A stretch of 32,000 bases of DNA from Caedibacter taeniospiralis (GCF_002803295.2 NZ_PGGB02000001.1:74290-106289), one strand, 5' to 3'; positions 17,773-29,831 are shown, counted from the stretch's first letter. A program made the numbers and translations. The notes: generated by a model not told the origin, from the sequence alone.

Positions 17773-18990
17773 ATGAAAAAAATCCTCTTGTGCGTTACTG
17801 GCAGTGTGGCAGCCTACAAGGCTCTGGAATTGACCAGGCTTTTAACCAAGGAAAATTATGAGGTGAAAGTCATATTAACCAAGGCAGCCCAAGAATTTGT
17901 GACGCGTTTAAGTTTTGAAGCGCTTTGTCAGCACAGAGTTTATGATGATTTATTCCGCTATACCGACAACCCGATTGAGCATATTGAACTCGCTCGCTGG
18001 GCGGATCAGATTGTGATAGCACCAGCTTCGGCAAACACCATTGGCAAACTTGCAGCTGGACTTGCAGGTGATTTACTCGGGAATGTCGTATTGGCAACCG
18101 ATAAACCTGTTTATATTGCGCCAGCCATGAATAAACTGATGTGGCAAAATAGCATTGTGCGGGAAAATTTAGCCAAACTTAAAGATAGAGGATGTGTGGT
18201 GCTTCCCCCAGACTCAGGCGAGCAAGCCTGTGGCGATGTTGGCGAAGGTCGCTTAATGGAGCCCGAAGCAATTGTAAAAAATATTTTCCATGCAATAGCA
18301 GAAATTGATAAAACAGTGCTTATAACTGCAGGACCAACGGTCGAGCGACTCGATCCTGTGCGCTATATTTCCAATCACAGCTCAGGGAAAATGGGTTATG
18401 CTTTAGCACAAAGTTTTGTACATTTGGGCTGGAGAGTGATCTTGATTTCTGGACCAACTCAGCTTCAGGCTCCCAAAGGAATAACCTTGATCAGGGTGAA
18501 AAGTGCCGATGATATGTATAAAGCGGTGCACCAATATATTGTGGATGCCGATATATTTATTGCCGCAGCGGCGGTGGCTGATTATCGCCCTGAAACTTAT
18601 GTTGAGAAGAAGATTAAGAAAAAAGAGGGCGAGGAGCTTCTATCGATCAAGCTTGTCAGGAATGAAGATATTTTAAAGAGCGTATCATCGTTAACGCATC
18701 ATCGTCCGTTGTGTGTTGGATTTGCCGCTGAAACCCACAATGCCAAGGAGAATGCGCTGAGTAAAATCAGTAGTAAAGCCCTTGACTTTTTGGTGCTCAA
18801 TCAAATCGATAATGAAACTGGTTTTCCCTTTTATAGTGAGCAAAATCAGGTACAGGTCTATGATCACCTGCATCAGCTTGTATTGGATTTGGCGCGGATG
18901 TCAAAAAAAGAAATCGCTCAAGAGATTGCAAAACTATTGAATAGGCAAATACTGAAAAAAGAAATTCAGACGGAATTAAGCTATGAATAG
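17773..18990 (+). CDS. coaBC: Bifunctional phosphopantothenoylcysteine decarboxylase/phosphopantothenate-cysteine ligase
   Basis: ILLCVTGSVAAYKALEL, APAMNKLMWQN, TAGPTVERLDPVRYISNHSSGKMGYALA. Confidence 0.97.
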   Translation: MKKILLCVTGSVAAYKALELTRLLTKENYEVKVILTKAAQEFVTRLSFEALCQHRVYDDLFRYTDNPIEHIELARWADQIVIAPASANTIGKLAAGLAGDLLGNVVLATDKPVYIAPAMNKLMWQNSIVRENLAKLKDRGCVVLPPDSGEQACGDVGEGRLMEPEAIVKNIFHAIAEIDKTVLITAGPTVERLDPVRYISNHSSGKMGYALAQSFVHLGWRVILISGPTQLQAPKGITLIRVKSADDMYKAVHQYIVDADIFIAAAAVADYRPETYVEKKIKKKEGEELLSIKLVRNEDILKSVSSLTHHRPLCVGFAAETHNAKENALSKISSKALDFLVLNQIDNETGFPFYSEQNQVQVYDHLHQLVLDLARMSKKEIAQEIAKLLNRQILKKEIQTELSYE

Positions 18991-20941
18991 ACGGATAAAA
19001 ATATTACCGACAGAGCTCGCCAATCAAATCGCTGCAGGTGAGGTGGTGGAGCGACCGTCGTCAATTGTCAAAGAGTTATTTGAAAATGCGCTTGATGCAG
19101 GAGCCACTGAAATCACTCTTGAACTTGAGCATGGAGGCAAAGAAAAGATTTTAATTCGCGACAATGGGATGGGCATAGCCAAAGAGGATCTGCCATTAAC
19201 CCTTATGCCACATGCAACAAGTAAAATTTATTGCCTGGATGAATTAGAAGCGATTGCAAGTATGGGCTTTAGGGGAGAGGCGCTTGCCAGTATTGGCTCA
19301 ATTGCTAAAGTAAAAATTACCTCAAAAACGCAAAGCGACTCGCATGCCTGGTGCTTGGACAACCAATTGGGCGATGATTTAATTCCTGCCTCTCATCCTG
19401 TTGGCACCACGATTGAAGTGTCAGAGGTTTTTTATAATACGCCAGCACGGCGTAAATTTTTAAAAGCTGAGCGCACCGAGTATGTGCACATTGATGAGTT
19501 ACTGAAGAAATTCATGCTGTGTCATTTTCATATGGCTCTCACCATTTTGCATAATGGCAAAGAGGTGAAGTCCTATCCAATTGCGGATACGCCGCAAAAG
19601 CAGCAGCAACGGATTGCCGAGATTTGTGGCGAGGAGTTTATTGAAAATGCGCTGATGATCCAAGAAGAGTCTATGGGTCTACAATTGCATGGTTGGGTGG
19701 CGAAACCACAGTTTTCAAAGTCGCGTGCGGAGTTGCAGTATTTCTATGTCAATGGTCGGATCATCAAAGATAAACTCGTTGCGCACGCAATAAAGCAGGC
19801 CTATAAAGATGTACTACATCACCAGCTTTATCCAGCGTTTATTTTGTTTTTTAGTATAGAGCCCTCGGCTGTGGATGTGAATGTTCATCCAACAAAGCAT
19901 GAAGTACGTTTTCGCGAGTCGCGTTTGGTACACGATTTTTTATTTGCCAAAATTCATCACGCATTGGCGCAAACTACGCCGAAAAATGTTGAAGAAAGCG
20001 GATTGGCAGATGACTCCAAGGACGTTTCAACACTTTATGAGCAAGCTTCTAAGGAGAAAAAGGAATTGACACCAGCTTTTCAAACAGCTGGTTTTACGAT
20101 AAAACCGCAGCAAAATCATACAAAGAGCATGTCGTTGTATGAGCAGCTTATCGCTAAATCCAATGGCGATACAGGGAAAAACCAGGTCTTTACAGCCACC
20201 ACAGGCTTATCAGGTGCTTTAAAAGAGGTAGATCAATGGCAAACGGCGACTCAGCTGGCTATGCCATTAGAAATTGACCCAGCAGATCAGCTGACTAGAG
20301 ATGGCGAAAGTGCGGCTAAAGTACTTAATGAAGCACAACCCGTGACAGAGGTAAAAACTTACCCTTTAGGCTTCGCCATTGCACAGGTTCATGGAATTTT
20401 TATTCTCGCACAAACCGAAGATGGGTTGATTGTGGTTGACATGCACGCCGCTCATGAGCGCGTGTTGTATGAGAAAGTTAAACGGTTGTGGGCAAACAAA
20501 ACCCCTTTCTCGCAAACGCTATTGTTGCCATTGACATTTGAATTAAGCCCACTGCTATTGGATGTGTTACTAGAGCATGAAGTGCTGTTGAATCAATTAG
20601 GGTTTGATTATTCAGCCTTGGGGGAAAAGACCTTGGTTGTGCGTGAAATCCCAGTGTATTTGAAGAATAATGATATTCAGACCCTGCTTTTAGACATTGC
20701 AAAAAGCCTTGAGCTAGGCGGCAAAACCAAACCGATGGAAGATTACTTGCATCAAATCCTTGCGACGATGTCTTGTCATAAAGCAGTGCGCGCCCATGAT
20801 CAAATCACGCTTCAAGAGATGAATCAGCTATTGCGTGACATGGAAGGGACGGAACGCGCAGACCAATGTAACCATGGCAGACCCACATGGGTCAAGCTGA
20901 CGATAGTGGACTTGGATAAGCTCTTTATGCGTGGAAAGTAG
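18983..20941 (+). CDS. mutL: DNA mismatch repair protein MutL
   Basis: LANQIAAGEVVERPSSIVKELFENALDAGA, IRDNGMGI, GFRGEALASI, YVNGR, C-terminal DMHAAHERVLYE. Confidence 0.97.
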   Translation: MNRRIKILPTELANQIAAGEVVERPSSIVKELFENALDAGATEITLELEHGGKEKILIRDNGMGIAKEDLPLTLMPHATSKIYCLDELEAIASMGFRGEALASIGSIAKVKITSKTQSDSHAWCLDNQLGDDLIPASHPVGTTIEVSEVFYNTPARRKFLKAERTEYVHIDELLKKFMLCHFHMALTILHNGKEVKSYPIADTPQKQQQRIAEICGEEFIENALMIQEESMGLQLHGWVAKPQFSKSRAELQYFYVNGRIIKDKLVAHAIKQAYKDVLHHQLYPAFILFFSIEPSAVDVNVHPTKHEVRFRESRLVHDFLFAKIHHALAQTTPKNVEESGLADDSKDVSTLYEQASKEKKELTPAFQTAGFTIKPQQNHTKSMSLYEQLIAKSNGDTGKNQVFTATTGLSGALKEVDQWQTATQLAMPLEIDPADQLTRDGESAAKVLNEAQPVTEVKTYPLGFAIAQVHGIFILAQTEDGLIVVDMHAAHERVLYEKVKRLWANKTPFSQTLLLPLTFELSPLLLDVLLEHEVLLNQLGFDYSALGEKTLVVREIPVYLKNNDIQTLLLDIAKSLELGGKTKPMEDYLHQILATMSCHKAVRAHDQITLQEMNQLLRDMEGTERADQCNHGRPTWVKLTIVDLDKLFMRGK

Positions 20942-20993
20942 GGGCGAAAAATCTTTCACCCCTTAGTGTGCCATTAGGTTATACAATACGCCC

Positions 20994-21896
20994 CTAAACA
21001 TAGGTCAGAGCATCTGATGCAACGATACCTTGAGTAATTTCGGCAAAACATTTTTTGATATGTTTCGTTACTTCACCCGTTTCACCATGCCCTGCGATCT
21101 TTTGATCATCAACACTGCGGATTGGGGTGATCTCAGCCGCAGTACCACTGAAAAATGCCTCGTCTGCCTGGAGAATATCTGCAACTTTAAAGTAGATTTC
21201 ATGGACTTTATAGCCTTGCTCTTTAGCAATCTGAATGACTACTCTACGCGTGATGCCATCCAAAATAGTGCCCAGCGGGGTGGTGAAAATTTCATTAGCT
21301 TTAACATAGAAAATATTTTGTGCCGCACCCTCAGCGACATTACCATCAGCATCTAGCAGTAATGCCTCATGGTAATGCGTACCACGAATTTGCATACTAG
21401 CCAGCATACTATTGACATAATGTCCTGAGATCTTTGCATCACATACGGTCGATTTTGGATGAATTCGAATATATTGACTGACCATCACATCAACGCTTTC
21501 AGCCCCCAAATAACGTCCCATTGGCAAACACCAGATAATAACCTCAATCGGGTGTTCTGGTTTGGGTAACACCCCAACGCTTTCGGTGTTACCATAAAAA
21601 GCCAATGGTCTTATATAGCAAGAATCAAGCCCGCTTTTTTTAACAGTATCAATCACCGCTTGACACATCTCATCAACCGTATATGGAGGTTTCATCCCCA
21701 ATGCTTTCATTGAGTAGTCAAAGCGCTGCATATGCTCTTTAAGCTTAAAAATGGCAGTGCCCTTAGACGTTTTATAGGCGCGAATCCCCTCAAAAACAGC
21801 TGAACCATAATGTAGCGCATGCGTCATGACACTGATTACCGCTTTTTCTTTTTCAAAAAATTGACCATTCTGCCAAATATATGTCTGTTCGCTCAC
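20994..21896 (-). CDS. ilvE: Branched-chain amino acid aminotransferase
   Basis: HALHYGSAVFEGIRAYKTSKGTAIFKLKEHMQRF, YIRPLAFYG, DAKISGHYVNSMLA, ILDGITRRVV, FFSGTAAEITPI. Confidence 0.94.
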   Translation of the reverse strand: MSEQTYIWQNGQFFEKEKAVISVMTHALHYGSAVFEGIRAYKTSKGTAIFKLKEHMQRFDYSMKALGMKPPYTVDEMCQAVIDTVKKSGLDSCYIRPLAFYGNTESVGVLPKPEHPIEVIIWCLPMGRYLGAESVDVMVSQYIRIHPKSTVCDAKISGHYVNSMLASMQIRGTHYHEALLLDADGNVAEGAAQNIFYVKANEIFTTPLGTILDGITRRVVIQIAKEQGYKVHEIYFKVADILQADEAFFSGTAAEITPIRSVDDQKIAGHGETGEVTKHIKKCFAEITQGIVASDALTYV

Positions 21897-22270
21897 TTGC
21901 GTTTATCCTCCAAAAAAATGCTACAAAACTCACTAAATGTGATCACTAAAACTTGATTGTAAATTACCAAAGAAAAAACAAATTGCCGCCTACCAGCGAG
22001 GCAGTCGCAGAGACAGAGTAAGAGGGGAAAGCGCCAAAGGCAACGAGTGCTTTTTTGCTGTTTTCGACATCACAAGCCTCCTGCGCTTTTTAATGACAAC
22101 CGAAACAAGCTACCATCATCGCCAGCGAAGCGCAACCGTAAGATAAATGTTTTTACTTTTTAATGTCTTGAGAAAGATGGTTATTTACGTTTCGGCATTG
22201 ACCGTATTGCTGCCCGCAAAGGCGCATTTAATACGCCCCTACGTTTATTCATAAAAATTTCAGGCATAAA

Positions 22271-22293
22271 AAAAGCGACTCAAGGTCGCTTTT
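22271..22293 (-). terminator. Rho-independent terminator downstream of rpsJ
   Basis: Perfect 9-bp inverted repeat AAAAGCGAC-tcaag-GTCGCTTTT. On the minus strand it is followed by a T-run. Confidence 0.85.
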
Positions 22294-22333
22294 CGCAAGA
22301 AGGCATTGTATTGCAACAATGCTCAATTTAGTC

Positions 22334-22657
22334 TCAGTTTAAGCTGATCTGTACATCAACCCCCGCAGCCAGATCAAGTTTCATTAGGGCATCTACTGTT
22401 TTTTCAGTTGGCTCAACGATATCGATCAAACGCTTGTGAGTTCTGATTTCATACTGGTCACGAGCATCCTTATTAACGTGTGGAGAAATCAGTATCGTGA
22501 AACGCTCTTTACGTACGGGAAGAGGGATAGGACCTCTTACCTGCGCGCCTGTTCTTTTTGCTGTTTCAACAATCTCTTTAGTTGATAGATCAATTAATTT
22601 ATGGTCAAACGCTTTCAAGCGAATGCGAATGCGCTGGTTACTTATATTTGTTGCCAT
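22334..22657 (-). CDS. rpsJ: 30S ribosomal protein S10
   Basis: [38 protein letters not shown], full length. Confidence 0.98.
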   Translation of the reverse strand: MATNISNQRIRIRLKAFDHKLIDLSTKEIVETAKRTGAQVRGPIPLPVRKERFTILISPHVNKDARDQYEIRTHKRLIDIVEPTEKTVDALMKLDLAAGVDVQISLN

Positions 22658-22675
22658 TTTATTTCAACCTTCTAG

Positions 22676-24772
22676 TTATGAGTTACGCTTTTTAATGATG
22701 TCTTCTGCAATATTATTTGGCACTTCTGCATACTTTTCAAACTCCATAGAGAATGACGCACGCCCTTGAGAGATTGAGCGTACATTCGTTGCATAACCAA
22801 ACATCTCCGCCAATGGCACCAAAGCATTGACCACCTTACCACTTGGATTTTCATCCATGCCAGAGATCATGCCGCGACGACGGTTTAAGTCACCAATCAC
22901 ATCACCCATATACTCTTCAGGCATAACCACTTCAACTTTCATCAAAGGCTCCAGAATCACAGGCGACGCTTTTTGTGCACCCGCTTTGACAGCCATTGAA
23001 CCCGCGATTTTAAATGCCATCTCAGATGAGTCCACATCGTGATATGAACCATCATAAAGCGTTGCTTTCACATCAATCATAGGATATCCCGCAATGACGC
23101 CGTTCTTCAATTGCTCTTCAATCCCCTTACCGACGGCACCGATATATTCTCTAGGCACTGTACCACCAACGATCTGGTCGACAAACTCAAAGCCTTTACC
23201 CATTTCTTGCGGTTCCAACTTGATCCATACATGACCGTATTGACCACGACCACCAGACTGGCGAACAAACTTACCTTCCGCCTCAACTTTTTGCTTAATT
23301 GTTTCGCGGTAAGCTACTTGTGGGTTACCTACATTCGCTTCTACTTTGAACTCACGCCTCATACGATCAACAATAATCTCCAGGTGAAGTTCACCCATTC
23401 CAGAGATAATCGTTTGACCTGATTCCTCGTCCGTATGTACGCGGAAAGATGGATCTTCTGCTGCTAGACGACCCAATGCTAAAGACATTTTTTCCTGGTC
23501 TGCTTTTGATTTTGGCTCAACCGCCACTGAAATTACTGGCTCTGGGAAGTCCATACGCTCCAGTGTGATAATTTTATTCTCATCACACAACGTATCCCCT
23601 GTTGTCACCTGTTTCAATCCAATACATGCCGCAATATCACCCGCACGGACTTCTTTGATTTCATCGCGCTTATTGGCGTGCATTTGAACGATACGACCGA
23701 TACGCTCTTTCTTACCTTTTACTGGGTTATAAACAGAGTCACCTGATTGCAGTACACCCGAGTAAACACGGATAAACGTCAGGTTACCAATAAATGGATC
23801 TGCTGCTAATTTAAATGCAAGCGCTGCAAATGGCTCATCATCGGAAGATTTACGTGATGCTTCTGTACCATCTTCTAACTCGCCACGAATCGCAGGGACT
23901 TCATTTGGCGCAGGAAGATAACGCACCACACCATCAAGAACTGCCTGAACGCCTTTATTTTTAAACGCTGAACCACAGAATGCCAATACGATTTCGTTAT
24001 TAATCACACGCTGACGTAATCCCGCATGAATCTCATCATCGGTTAGCTCTTCACCTTCAAGGTATTTATTCATCAATACTTCATTAGCCTCAGCAGCTGC
24101 TTCAACAACCCCCTGGCGAAGCTCTGCAGCGTGCTTATGAAGCCCAGCTGGAATTTCTTCTAATGTATAGGTTAAGCCTTTATCTTCCTCGTTCCACATG
24201 ATTGCTTTCATGCGCACAAGGTCAATAACTCCTTTGAATTCTTCTTCAGCGCCAATATTTAGCTGCATAGGCACAACAGTCGCTTTCAAGCGCGTTCTGA
24301 TTTGACCCAACACGCGCTCAAAGTTGGCTCCCGCTCTATCCATTTTGTTCACAAATACGATGCGCGGAACGCCATATTTATTTGCCTGGCGCCACACCGT
24401 TTCTGATTGTGGCTCAACACCAGAAGAACCACAGAAAACAACAACTGCACCATCTAATACGCGCAAAGAACGCTCTACTTCGATCGTGAAGTCCACGTGT
24501 CCTGGGGTGTCGATAATGTTAATGCGATGCTTGTCAAACTGTTTATCCATACCTTGCCAGAAAACAGTGGTCGCAGCAGAGGTAATCGTGATTCCACGCT
24601 CCTGTTCCTGCTCCATCCAGTCCATTGTTGCGGTACCATCATGCACCTCACCAATTTTGTGAGAAACACCTGTATAAAACAACACCCGCTCGGTGGTGGT
24701 TGTTTTTCCCGCATCAACGTGGGCACAGATGCCAATATTCCTGTATTTACTAAGTTCTGTCGCTCGTGACAT
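22676..24772 (-). CDS. fusA: Elongation factor G
   Basis: [38 protein letters not shown], full-length 698 aa. Confidence 0.99.
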   Translation of the reverse strand: MSRATELSKYRNIGICAHVDAGKTTTTERVLFYTGVSHKIGEVHDGTATMDWMEQEQERGITITSAATTVFWQGMDKQFDKHRINIIDTPGHVDFTIEVERSLRVLDGAVVVFCGSSGVEPQSETVWRQANKYGVPRIVFVNKMDRAGANFERVLGQIRTRLKATVVPMQLNIGAEEEFKGVIDLVRMKAIMWNEEDKGLTYTLEEIPAGLHKHAAELRQGVVEAAAEANEVLMNKYLEGEELTDDEIHAGLRQRVINNEIVLAFCGSAFKNKGVQAVLDGVVRYLPAPNEVPAIRGELEDGTEASRKSSDDEPFAALAFKLAADPFIGNLTFIRVYSGVLQSGDSVYNPVKGKKERIGRIVQMHANKRDEIKEVRAGDIAACIGLKQVTTGDTLCDENKIITLERMDFPEPVISVAVEPKSKADQEKMSLALGRLAAEDPSFRVHTDEESGQTIISGMGELHLEIIVDRMRREFKVEANVGNPQVAYRETIKQKVEAEGKFVRQSGGRGQYGHVWIKLEPQEMGKGFEFVDQIVGGTVPREYIGAVGKGIEEQLKNGVIAGYPMIDVKATLYDGSYHDVDSSEMAFKIAGSMAVKAGAQKASPVILEPLMKVEVVMPEEYMGDVIGDLNRRRGMISGMDENPSGKVVNALVPLAEMFGYATNVRSISQGRASFSMEFEKYAEVPNNIAEDIIKKRNS

Positions 24773-24787
24773 GAGTTTTCTCCAATC

Positions 24788-25665
<878 letters not shown>

Positions 25666-25880
25666 TATTTACTCCGTAGTTTTTTAAACATCTGATCTTT
25701 GCTAAATATAAAAAGACGCGGCATTATATACAAAAGGCATGCCAATTTGCAAGAAGTGGATTTGGGTTTATTCTGATTTAACAGAGTTTCTTGCAAAATT
25801 ATCTAAATTTTAATCAATTCAAACTGGAACCAATGTAATAATATTGAGGTGATGATACGAATGTTGATGCGAGTAAATTC

Positions 25881-26159
25881 ATGGATGACTTGTTAGGTGG
25901 TGAGCTGACTATTGGTGAGGCGATTTATACCATAAGGGTAACAGAATATGCTGATTTAAAACAATCTGAGTTTGCGGACAAAATCGGAGTTTCAAAAAGC
26001 TACTTATGTGACTTAGAACACAACAGAAAGAGCATAAGCATTGCAAAGGCTATTGATGTAGCCAATAAACTAGGACAAAGCAAAAGGTTTTTTGTAACTT
26101 TAGCAGTGCAAGACTCGTTAAGAAGGAATAGCTTAAAGTATAAGGTTAATCTGGCTTAG
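25881..26159 (+). CDS. Small XRE-family helix-turn-helix protein
   Basis: LKQSEFADKIGVSKSYLCDLEHNRKSISIAKAIDVANKLGQS is a clear HTH_3 motif. Confidence 0.85.
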   Translation: MDDLLGGELTIGEAIYTIRVTEYADLKQSEFADKIGVSKSYLCDLEHNRKSISIAKAIDVANKLGQSKRFFVTLAVQDSLRRNSLKYKVNLA

Positions 26160-26255
26160 TGGGGCTGCTGAATAGTTATCACTAAGCTGTTGATTAAAAT
26201 CCGATTTTTCGATTTTTAAAGAATCAAATCCCCCTTTGCTCTTTCAATATCAGGC

Positions 26256-26594
26256 TTAAAAAGCCGCTTTCACCCACTGAATTTCACCCCCAGTAATACC
26301 AATAACATCAAAGCGGCATTCAGCATTCTGATATCGTGTATAACGCTGAAGGAAAATCTCCGCAGTTTTGCGAATCTTTATTTGTTTGGTTTTGCTCACC
26401 ATGTCAAGTGCTGTGCCAAACTCAGCACTTCTTCTTGCCTTCACCTCAACAAATAGCACTATACCATCAAGGACGCCAATGAGATCAATCTCACCCAGGG
26501 GGGTTGAAAAATTCTGACAAATGAGGCTAAAGCCATTTTGCTGTAAAAACTGACATGCCTGCTCTTCTGCATTTTGCCCTATTTGGCGACTCAT
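26256..26594 (-). CDS. yraN: YraN/UPF0102 family predicted endonuclease-fold protein
   Basis: GQNAEEQACQFLQQNGF, CQNFSTPLGEIDLIG, LFVEVKARRSAEFG. Confidence 0.92.
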   Translation of the reverse strand: MSRQIGQNAEEQACQFLQQNGFSLICQNFSTPLGEIDLIGVLDGIVLFVEVKARRSAEFGTALDMVSKTKQIKIRKTAEIFLQRYTRYQNAECRFDVIGITGGEIQWVKAAF

Positions 26595-28613
26595 CTACAT
26601 AATTCCATTGTGGCGCAATAGTGCATCGATTGTTGGTTTTTGCCCTCTAAAGGATTCAAATAATTTAGCCGCAGGCTCGGAGCCTCCCTTTTCCAGAACT
26701 TCACGCATAAACTTCAGCCCTATTGATCTGTTCAACACCGAGCTTTGAGATTCAAACACCGAAAAAGCATCACTTGACAACACTTCTGCCCACTTGTAAC
26801 TGTAGTACCCTGCGGAATACCCCCCTGCAAAAATATGTGAAAAGCTATTTTCAAAACGATTATATACAGGGGGATTTATCAATGCCGTGGAATTTCTCAC
26901 CTCTTCTAGTACTTGGTGAATATCCAAATGCTCAACCTCTGCCTGATGCAGTTTCATATCAAATAATGCAAACTCCAATTGCCGCAACATTGCAAGCCCT
27001 GATTGATATCGTCTTGATTGAATCAGTTTTTCAAACAAGGATCTCGGCAAAGACGCTCCCGTTTCAATGTGACAAGACAATAAACCCAAGCCCTCCTCAC
27101 ACCAGCAAAAGTTTTCCATAAACTGACTTGGTAACTCCACGGCATCCCATTCCACACCATTGATTCCGGATACAGGAAGATGTTCTACTTGCGTCAAAAT
27201 ATGGTGTAGCGCATGACCGAACTCATGAAATAACGTCAATACATCATTATGTGTTAATAGTGCCCCTTTATCCGCTTTTGGCGGCATAAAGTTGCAGGTT
27301 ACATAAGCAACTGGAATCTGTATGCTTTGATCCAGACGCCTGTACCGCGTGCGACATTCATCCATCCAGGCACCATCACGCTTATGCTCTCTGGCAAATA
27401 AATCAACGATGATCGCTCCTCTTAAAGCATGACTTTCATCATAAAATTCATATAAAGCTGTCTCAGCCTGGTAACGATCCCAGCTCGCCACCTCACTTGC
27501 CCTAATTCCATAAAGTGATTCAATGACTTTTAGCAAACCGTGGGTAACATGAGCTAGCGGGAAATAAGGGCGCAACTCTTCAGCCGTAAAGCTATATTTA
27601 GCCTTCTTCATTTTTTCACTATAGTAGCTAACATCCCAGGACTTAAGCTCTTTGCCATACCCTTCACTCTCAACAAATGCTTGAAGTTCCCTAAGTTCTT
27701 TTTGCGCTTGCGGCTTTGCTTTCTCACACAGATCCTTTAAAAAATGTATGACCTCATCCACTGAACTCGCCATTTTGCTTGCCAAAGAGACTTCAGCATA
27801 GTTTCTGAATCCTAAAAGCTCAGCCTCTTTTGCCCTTAACTGCATAATTTCCTGCATGATTGGTGCATTATCGAAACGTTTATTTTCTGCCTGATCTGAT
27901 GCACGTGTCACATACGCATGATAAAAGGCTTCACGCAATTGACGATTGTCAGCTTGCTGCATGACCGAAATATACGTTGGCGCATCAAGTCCCAGACAAA
28001 ACCCATCCTTCCCTTGCGCCTTGGCTTTTTCTCTAGCCTGTGCTTTAGTGTTGACCGACAACCCATTAAGCTCTTTTTCATCTTCGGTCCAGTAATGCCA
28101 AGCCATCGTTGCATCAAGCACGTTGTTCTCAAAATCACTTTGGATTTTCGCAAGCCTTGTGGCAACCTCCTCAAATTGACTGCGCTTATCGTCATCAAGA
28201 TCAACGCCAGAGAGCTTAAAAGCACGAATGGCATCTCCAATGGCCTTAATCTGTGCTAAATCCAGCGTTTTATCTTCCTTTAAGATGCGCTGATATGCTT
28301 CCAGCATGCGCCTATCTTGTGCGGTTTGAGTTGAATATTCTGAAATTTTCTCTACACACGCTTGAAAAACCTCGCGCAATTTGGGGGTGTTTTTGACTGC
28401 ATTTAAATGCGCCAAAGGACCAAACGTCTTAGAAAGCCTGTCTTCTTCTTCCTCCATCGGATAAATGAAGTTATTCCAGGTTAATGCTTTTTGTTGCAGT
28501 AAATTTTCTTTTAATTCTCTACAGCGCCGTATACAAGTCTCTACCTCAGCTTGTGCCTGATTAATATCCAGTGTAGAGAAAACAGGCAGGTCTAAATTAA
28601 TAACATTTCTCAT
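26595..28613 (-). CDS. prlC: Oligopeptidase A (M3 family metallopeptidase)
   Basis: LFHEFGHALHHILTQ zinc motif, SQFMENFCWCEEGL, FAGGYSAGYYSYKWAEVLSSDAF. Start probably at MRNVINLD. Confidence 0.95.
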   Translation of the reverse strand: MRNVINLDLPVFSTLDINQAQAEVETCIRRCRELKENLLQQKALTWNNFIYPMEEEEDRLSKTFGPLAHLNAVKNTPKLREVFQACVEKISEYSTQTAQDRRMLEAYQRILKEDKTLDLAQIKAIGDAIRAFKLSGVDLDDDKRSQFEEVATRLAKIQSDFENNVLDATMAWHYWTEDEKELNGLSVNTKAQAREKAKAQGKDGFCLGLDAPTYISVMQQADNRQLREAFYHAYVTRASDQAENKRFDNAPIMQEIMQLRAKEAELLGFRNYAEVSLASKMASSVDEVIHFLKDLCEKAKPQAQKELRELQAFVESEGYGKELKSWDVSYYSEKMKKAKYSFTAEELRPYFPLAHVTHGLLKVIESLYGIRASEVASWDRYQAETALYEFYDESHALRGAIIVDLFAREHKRDGAWMDECRTRYRRLDQSIQIPVAYVTCNFMPPKADKGALLTHNDVLTLFHEFGHALHHILTQVEHLPVSGINGVEWDAVELPSQFMENFCWCEEGLGLLSCHIETGASLPRSLFEKLIQSRRYQSGLAMLRQLEFALFDMKLHQAEVEHLDIHQVLEEVRNSTALINPPVYNRFENSFSHIFAGGYSAGYYSYKWAEVLSSDAFSVFESQSSVLNRSIGLKFMREVLEKGGSEPAAKLFESFRGQKPTIDALLRHNGIM

Positions 28614-28710
28614 CGTATTTTTATTCCTTTGGCATAACTTCTTCATTCTGGTTGTGCTTTATAATACACTGATTCCACTGTGAAGAAATACGAAAAAGTA
28701 TCAATCAATA

Positions 28711-29355
28711 ATGCCCGCTGACCTCACTACTTACCTTAATGCCTTTGTAATGTTTATCATCCCTATGCTATTTGCCATCACACTGCATGAGGCAGCGCAT
28801 GGGTTTATTGCCAAACTTCGAGGCGACCAAACGGCTTATCTTATGGGGCGCGTGACACTTAACCCCATTAAGCACATCGATATTTTGGGAACGATTATTC
28901 TACCCACTGCCATGTTTCTATTAGGAACAGGCTTTCTTTTTGGCTGGGCAAAACCTGTTCCTGTTAATTTCAGCCATCTTAAAAAGCCGCGCCAAGACAT
29001 GATTTTAGTGGCAATCGCAGGACCACTTGCCAACTTTGCTATGGCGATTATGTGGTTTTTATTATGGAAATTTGTCCCTAACTTTGGCTTCCACCAAATG
29101 GCACAATTTGGTGTTGTACTGAACTTAATGCTGATGGTGTTTAATCTACTGCCCATCCCACCTCTAGATGGCAGTCGCGTCGTTAGCGCCCTACTGCCCT
29201 ATAAAGCCACTTTGCAATACAATCGCCTTGAGCGCTGGGGATTTCTAATCGTGCTGCTCTTATTGTTTATCCCCTTTGGTCAGTCAAATTTACTTGCAAG
29301 CATACTGATCCCAATCATCAACAAACTCTATCAGCTCGTTCAGTTTATCTTTTGA
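28711..29355 (+). CDS. Site-2 protease-like (M50) membrane metallopeptidase
   Basis: TLHEAAHGFIAKLRGD (HExxH), FGWAKPVPVNF, AGPLANFAMA, NLLPIPPLDGSRV. Confidence 0.93.
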   Translation: MPADLTTYLNAFVMFIIPMLFAITLHEAAHGFIAKLRGDQTAYLMGRVTLNPIKHIDILGTIILPTAMFLLGTGFLFGWAKPVPVNFSHLKKPRQDMILVAIAGPLANFAMAIMWFLLWKFVPNFGFHQMAQFGVVLNLMLMVFNLLPIPPLDGSRVVSALLPYKATLQYNRLERWGFLIVLLLLFIPFGQSNLLASILIPIINKLYQLVQFIF

Positions 29356-29363
29356 GGTTAAGA

Positions 29364-29735
29364 ATGCAATTAGCACATGAAAAACCAGACACCGTGATTT
29401 ACGTAAAACATTACCAGCATGGACAACTGACGCTACCACAAAAAATCCTTCATAACAGCGTTATTATTACCCCTGAAATGATCCTTCAGGAAAATTGGGG
29501 TGTGCGAGATATTGATAAGCTTGACGTTCATGAGCTTTCAGGCTTTATTGGATTTGACGCTAATATTTATCTCCTTGGCACAGGGAGGACGATCCAAATC
29601 CCCAAAGATGAGATAATAATCGCATTCGCGCGCTTAGGGAAGTCGCTGGATTTTATGGACTCAGCCGCGGCATGCCGCACATTCAACATTCTTGCCAATG
29701 AAGGACGCAATGTGGTTGCTGCAATTATTGTATAG
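29364..29735 (+). CDS. Mth938-like domain protein (DUF498/DUF598, NDUFAF3-related fold)
   Basis: IYLLGTGRTIQIP and DFMDSAAACRTFNILANEGRNVVAAIIV are characteristic. Start at MQLAHEK. Confidence 0.85.
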   Translation: MQLAHEKPDTVIYVKHYQHGQLTLPQKILHNSVIITPEMILQENWGVRDIDKLDVHELSGFIGFDANIYLLGTGRTIQIPKDEIIIAFARLGKSLDFMDSAAACRTFNILANEGRNVVAAIIV

Positions 29736-29831
29736 CCTGAATTTACTCACGGTGATCCCTGCAAAAAGTCAACTTCCTTTCATTCTCCATTAATTTTTAG
29801 ATAACCTAACTTGATATCCCTTTACTACCTG

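Noticed and set aside
18983-20941. MutL C-terminal DMHAAHERVLYE as a possible degenerate endonuclease motif
   Set aside because: Similar DMHAAHER variants occur in ordinary proteobacterial MutL proteins, so this is not unusual.
20975-22250. Short similar strings (atacgcccctaaac near 20985 and atacgcccctacg near 22240) on both sides of ilvE, as possible transposition footprints
   Set aside because: Only about 11 nt match and there is no further extension, so chance similarity is plausible.
29352-29735. Considered a metabolic enzyme such as aspartate decarboxylase (PanD) from size and context
   Set aside because: The YLLGTGR...MDSAAACRTFNILANEGRNVVAA pattern fits the Mth938-like domain, and no PanD processing motif is present.
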